Source: an uncultured Bacteroidota bacterium (GTDB lineage: Bacteria; Bacteroidota; Bacteroidia; NS11-12g; UBA955). From it: 64,000 nt of DNA. The notes under the pieces were generated by a model. It was not told where the DNA came from, did no database searches, and saw nothing but the letters and a program-made list of their open reading frames with translations. Location: assembly GCA_937867025.1 (NCBI GenBank), contig CALMKH010000049.1, forward strand, positions 192 to 64,191. The letters are read 5' to 3'. A program made the translations under genes and the position numbers. Shown one piece after another: positions 60,159 through 64,000 of this stretch; position 1 is the first letter of the stretch; every line of letters begins with the position of its first letter.

Positions 60159-60280
60159 ATACGAAAGGCAAAAATAGAGAATAATTGAGAATCAAGAATG
60201 CTTAATCGGCAATTAAATTATGATTTGCTTTTTTATTAAAACTGCCTGAAAGGCTTTTCCTATGAATTTTACGGAATATT

Positions 60281-60958
60281 CTATACGAACCTGTAACCCA
60301 CTCCGCTTTCCGTGATAATATGCTGCGGATTGTGGGGATCTTCTTCTATTTTTTTACGGAGCTGGCCGACAAATACCCGAAGGTATTGTGTTTCCTCGAG
60401 GTAAGAAGGTCCCCAAATCTCTTTGAGAATATAATGATGAGTCAGCACATTGCCTTCATTCTTTGCAAATAATATAAGCAGCTGGTATTCGGTTGATGTA
60501 AGTTTCACCTGTTCATCATTCTTTTTAACCAGCCGCGCAATAAAATCGATGTGGATATTTCCAAATTTCCTCTGAGCCCCGTTTGAAGGTTCGGAGTCCC
60601 GTCTTAGCAGAGACCTGATGCGGGCCATCAGTTCGCCTGGCCTGAACGGTTTTGTAAGATAATCCGTAGCCCCATGGTCAAGCGCGTTGATTATATCTTC
60701 CTCCAGGTTTTGCACTGATAGTATAATAACTGGTTTGGCATACCATGTCCTGAGCTCTTTCAGGACTTCATGACCGCTTTTGTCAGGCAGGCCCAGGTCA
60801 AGAATGACGAGGTCGGGAGGATGATTGGCCGCCAGTATCACACCGTCCCTTCCCGATGCAGCCTGCCACACCTTGTATCCATTGCTTTCAAGGGCAATTT
60901 CCAGCAATTTGCGGATATGCGCCTCATCATCAATAACCAGTATTTCGGCTTTACTCAT
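60281..60958 (-). CDS. kdpE: KdpE-like OmpR-family response regulator
   Basis: LVIDDE, LDLGLPD, DYLTKPF and QYLRVFVGQLRKKIE. Confidence 0.9.
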   Translation of the reverse strand: MSKAEILVIDDEAHIRKLLEIALESNGYKVWQAASGRDGVILAANHPPDLVILDLGLPDKSGHEVLKELRTWYAKPVIILSVQNLEEDIINALDHGATDYLTKPFRPGELMARIRSLLRRDSEPSNGAQRKFGNIHIDFIARLVKKNDEQVKLTSTEYQLLILFAKNEGNVLTHHYILKEIWGPSYLEETQYLRVFVGQLRKKIEEDPHNPQHIITESGVGYRFV

Positions 60959-62039
60959 TTTTCATATGGTTAATGAAGGATGTCTGCGCCGGTATAATCA
61001 GTGTGAATACAGCCCCTCCGTTTTTTTTGTTTTCCAGGACAATGCTTCCATTATGCGCCTCTATGCACCCTTTGGCAATGGACAGGCCCAGACCGGTGCC
61101 TCCCGTGCCTGCGCCGGGGAGCCTGTAGAATTTTTCAAAGACGCTGTTCACTTCATGTTCGGGAAACCCTTTCCCATGATCTTCAATCCTGATGATACAC
61201 CGGTTGCCCGACTGTTCAAGGCTGACAATGATTTTTGAATGTTCCGGCGTGTATTGCACTGCGTTGTGAATGATATTCAGCAAGGCGGTTTCCACTAACC
61301 CCTGGTCCAGCCTGAAAAACGGTAATCCTTCACTGGTATTGATGACGATTTCCCTGCCCTGGGTGCTGAAATATTTCTTCACCATACCGAAAACCAGCTC
61401 ATTCATATCGCACCAGTCGAGTTTCAGCCTCAGCAGGCCAGATTCGAGGCGGTTCATATTGAGCAGGTTTTCCACTTGCCTGTTCAGTCTCATCGATGCC
61501 GCATCAAGCGTGGCGAACAATTCGGACTTCTGCTTTTCCGTCAGGTTTTTCTGCTCTTTCAGCGTATCGAGCCCGCCAACGATTGTGGCCAGCGGCGTGC
61601 GGAGCTCGTGGGAAAGTGAGTTAAGCAGCGTGTTGTACAGCTTAATCGTATGTTGTTTCTCTTCCCTGATGGATGCCTTCTTTTCAGCTTTGCGTATCTT
61701 GTATGTCAGCGCGGCATTCACGGAGGCAATAATGAGGTACATAAACAGGAACAACAAGTCCTCGGTATTGCGGATATTGAACGTCAATATGGGAGGGATA
61801 AAAAAGTAGTTCCATATAAGCGCGGTTAAAAACGAAGTGATGAGGACCGGCAATATATCAAATACCATGGCCAGTATTGACACCACCATGAGCAGAATAA
61901 AAGCCACAGTCTTATAACCACCGATAAAATCAGAGATTATAAAGCACAGGCACGATACGGCTGCGACCGACGTGAGGCTTATTACAAGCTGGCCCGGTAA
62001 TGAGAGCTTGTTGAGTTTTATATCCGATAACACGTTCAA
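60951..62039 (-). CDS. Short KdpD-like histidine kinase (DUF4118 TM + HisKA + HATPase)
   Basis: WNYFFIPP..TF, SLSHELRTPL, NAVQY, DHGKG and GTGLGL. Confidence 0.88.
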   Translation of the reverse strand: MNVLSDIKLNKLSLPGQLVISLTSVAAVSCLCFIISDFIGGYKTVAFILLMVVSILAMVFDILPVLITSFLTALIWNYFFIPPILTFNIRNTEDLLFLFMYLIIASVNAALTYKIRKAEKKASIREEKQHTIKLYNTLLNSLSHELRTPLATIVGGLDTLKEQKNLTEKQKSELFATLDAASMRLNRQVENLLNMNRLESGLLRLKLDWCDMNELVFGMVKKYFSTQGREIVINTSEGLPFFRLDQGLVETALLNIIHNAVQYTPEHSKIIVSLEQSGNRCIIRIEDHGKGFPEHEVNSVFEKFYRLPGAGTGGTGLGLSIAKGCIEAHNGSIVLENKKNGGAVFTLIIPAQTSFINHMKNE

Positions 62040-62277
62040 TCTACAAATTTACCGGACCTGTTATAAATTTTTTATAAAAACAGCAAAATACTCTGATCCC
62101 TGAAGTTCATCAAACGGTCATTTTAAACTATTTACCCAATATTCAAATAACTAATAACCAGTAATATACGCAATAAAATCCATAATTCAAAACATGTTTC
62201 TATGCAACCTTTTAAAAAAGCGACAGACCAACTTATCAAAAACATTTTATAAGTTAAAACACAAATACTCAGTTATT

Positions 62278-64000
62278 ATGGAAAACAAGACCTTACACAA
62301 ATTATTTCGCGGCATATTACCGGTGGTATTATGTCTTATTGCCTTTATCTCAGGCAATATCAACGCGCAACACACAGATACCGCCAGGAATACCCAATGT
62401 GCCTTGTGGTCAAGTTTCAGCTTCTCGGTTGACGGCCTTCATGTAAAATTTGCCGGAACTTCAAACGGGGAATATTACAGCTGGGACTTCGGTGATAACA
62501 CCACGGCCCTTGGAGAACACCAGAGCCATACATTTGCGAATGAAGGCTCTTACCCTGTGTGTCTGACTACCTACAACAAATACAGGAACTATTCTGTAAA
62601 GGTATGCACAAAAGTGATCGTCAAAAAACCTTGCACACTCAGGGCGGATTTTGAATTCAGCACCGATGGCCTCGGTTTCAAGGCACGTGCCAACACCAGC
62701 GAGAAAGCACAAATCCTCTGGGATCTCGGAGACGGGACCAGGACTTCAGGCGAGTCAGCGGGACATTACTACAAACAAGCCGGCGTATATGTGGTGTGTA
62801 TCAAGGCATTTTCAGCTGACGGACGCTGCAGCACATCTGCCTGCAAAAAAGTGGTGATCAGAAAACCTTGTGCCCTGGCAGCCGATTTTGAATTCAGCAC
62901 CGACGGGCTTGGATTCAAGGCACGTGCTAAAGCCAGCGAAACTGCTAAAATTGTATGGGATTTTGGTGACGGGAACTCTTCTGCAGGTGAAACCGTTTCT
63001 CATTATTTCAGCAAAGCCGGTGTGTATGCAGTCTGTATTAAAGCATATTCCGAAGACGGACGTTGCAGTACATCGGTCTGTAAAAAAGTAGAGGTTAAAA
63101 AACCCGTGTGCACATTAAAAGTAGATGCTTCATACAGGATTGACTGCTCAAGCGGAAAAGTCCAGTTCATAGCTCACACCATCAGCAACAATAGCCTTGT
63201 ATTCAACTGGAAATTCAGCAATGGCACAAGTGCTACAGGCCCTAACCCCACCGCAGAGTTTAAACCAGGGATTTACCAGGTGTGTGTGGAAGCGCATGAT
63301 GCCAACAGAAGGTGTTCAGGTCATTACTGCTTCTCCATCACTGTCTGCAAATGTCCTTCCGAACCATGCGACCTGCGTCCTGACTTTAAATTCAGGGTGG
63401 ATTGCAGCCAGAATGTAGTTTATTTTTCAGCTTCAGCAAACGGCGCCGAGCGTTTCGGATGGGATTTCGGTGACGGCAGCAGCGCAGACGGCGACTTTGT
63501 GCGCCACCAGTACAGGGGTGATGGTGTATATGAGGTATGTCTCAAGGTTGCAGATAAAGACGGCAACTGTACAAAAAGAATTTGCAAAAAAGTGGTTATA
63601 GATTGTGACACCTGTGAATTGAACCCTAAGTTCGAATACCGCATCGATTGTGAGGATAAGGCTGTTAAATTCCGGGCAGCGAGCAATGGCGGAGAGTATT
63701 ACTACTGGAGTTTCGGGGATGGCAGTCATGGTGAAGGAATGGAATTAAGGCACAACTTCAGACATAATGGCGTATACCTGGTTTGCCTCACTGTAAAGGA
63801 TAAAGAAGGACGTTGCAAGGAACAGATATGCGAACGTATAAAGATGGAATGCGATCCATGCGATCTTCAACCGGAATTCGGTTTCCGCACCGATTGCCAG
63901 CTGGGAGTTACTTACTTCAAGGCCACATCCAATGGCGGTGAACATTATGTCTGGAGCTTTGGCGACGGCACTTCCGCAAGGGGCAGGGAAACAAAACATC
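62278..64000 (+). CDS. Secreted Cys-rich PKD-repeat protein (partial, runs off the window; not in the ORF track)
   Basis: Open frame from ATG 62278 (MENKTLHKLFRGILPVVLCLIAF..INA|Q); about seven ~79-aa units with W(D/S)FGD(G/N)...G.Y.VC. Confidence 0.92.
   Translation, partial: MENKTLHKLFRGILPVVLCLIAFISGNINAQHTDTARNTQCALWSSFSFSVDGLHVKFAGTSNGEYYSWDFGDNTTALGEHQSHTFANEGSYPVCLTTYNKYRNYSVKVCTKVIVKKPCTLRADFEFSTDGLGFKARANTSEKAQILWDLGDGTRTSGESAGHYYKQAGVYVVCIKAFSADGRCSTSACKKVVIRKPCALAADFEFSTDGLGFKARAKASETAKIVWDFGDGNSSAGETVSHYFSKAGVYAVCIKAYSEDGRCSTSVCKKVEVKKPVCTLKVDASYRIDCSSGKVQFIAHTISNNSLVFNWKFSNGTSATGPNPTAEFKPGIYQVCVEAHDANRRCSGHYCFSITVCKCPSEPCDLRPDFKFRVDCSQNVVYFSASANGAERFGWDFGDGSSADGDFVRHQYRGDGVYEVCLKVADKDGNCTKRICKKVVIDCDTCELNPKFEYRIDCEDKAVKFRAASNGGEYYYWSFGDGSHGEGMELRHNFRHNGVYLVCLTVKDKEGRCKEQICERIKMECDPCDLQPEFGFRTDCQLGVTYFKATSNGGEHYVWSFGDGTSARGRETKH

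Noticed and set aside
62461..63999. Several short ORFs on both strands in the ORF track
   Set aside because: All are alternate-frame or antisense shadows of the long PKD-repeat frame starting at 62278.

Overview
This 64 kb window is a gene-dense chromosomal segment of a Bacteroidota bacterium. The assignment rests on TAnnTTTG-type promoters, type IX secretion (T9SS) C-terminal domains, porT, and the tgt-lptG and holB-ricT linkages. Most of it is housekeeping or envelope genes (hup, aroK, folP, kmo, aroA, gpsA, polX, fumC, tgt, ubiE, engB, holB, serS, trpS, KdpDE-like pair). I saw no complete tRNA, rRNA, CRISPR array, integrase or transposase. The most unusual feature is at 1-405 and runs off the left edge: a tandem array of a 21-bp palindromic repeat at 173-182 bp spacing. 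Two of the three copies continue into a tRNA-Ser-like 3' end. The repeats are separated by cassettes that differ in sequence but fold into the same four-way-junction structure. Other notable points are a RelE toxin whose antitoxin has a nonsense codon, a PolX and a dihydroorotase homologue with degenerate catalytic residues, a Kazal-T9SS protein beside an S41 protease, two gene remnants, and a Cys-rich PKD-repeat gene missing from the ORF track that runs off the right edge. All calls are by eye from motifs; no database searches were run.
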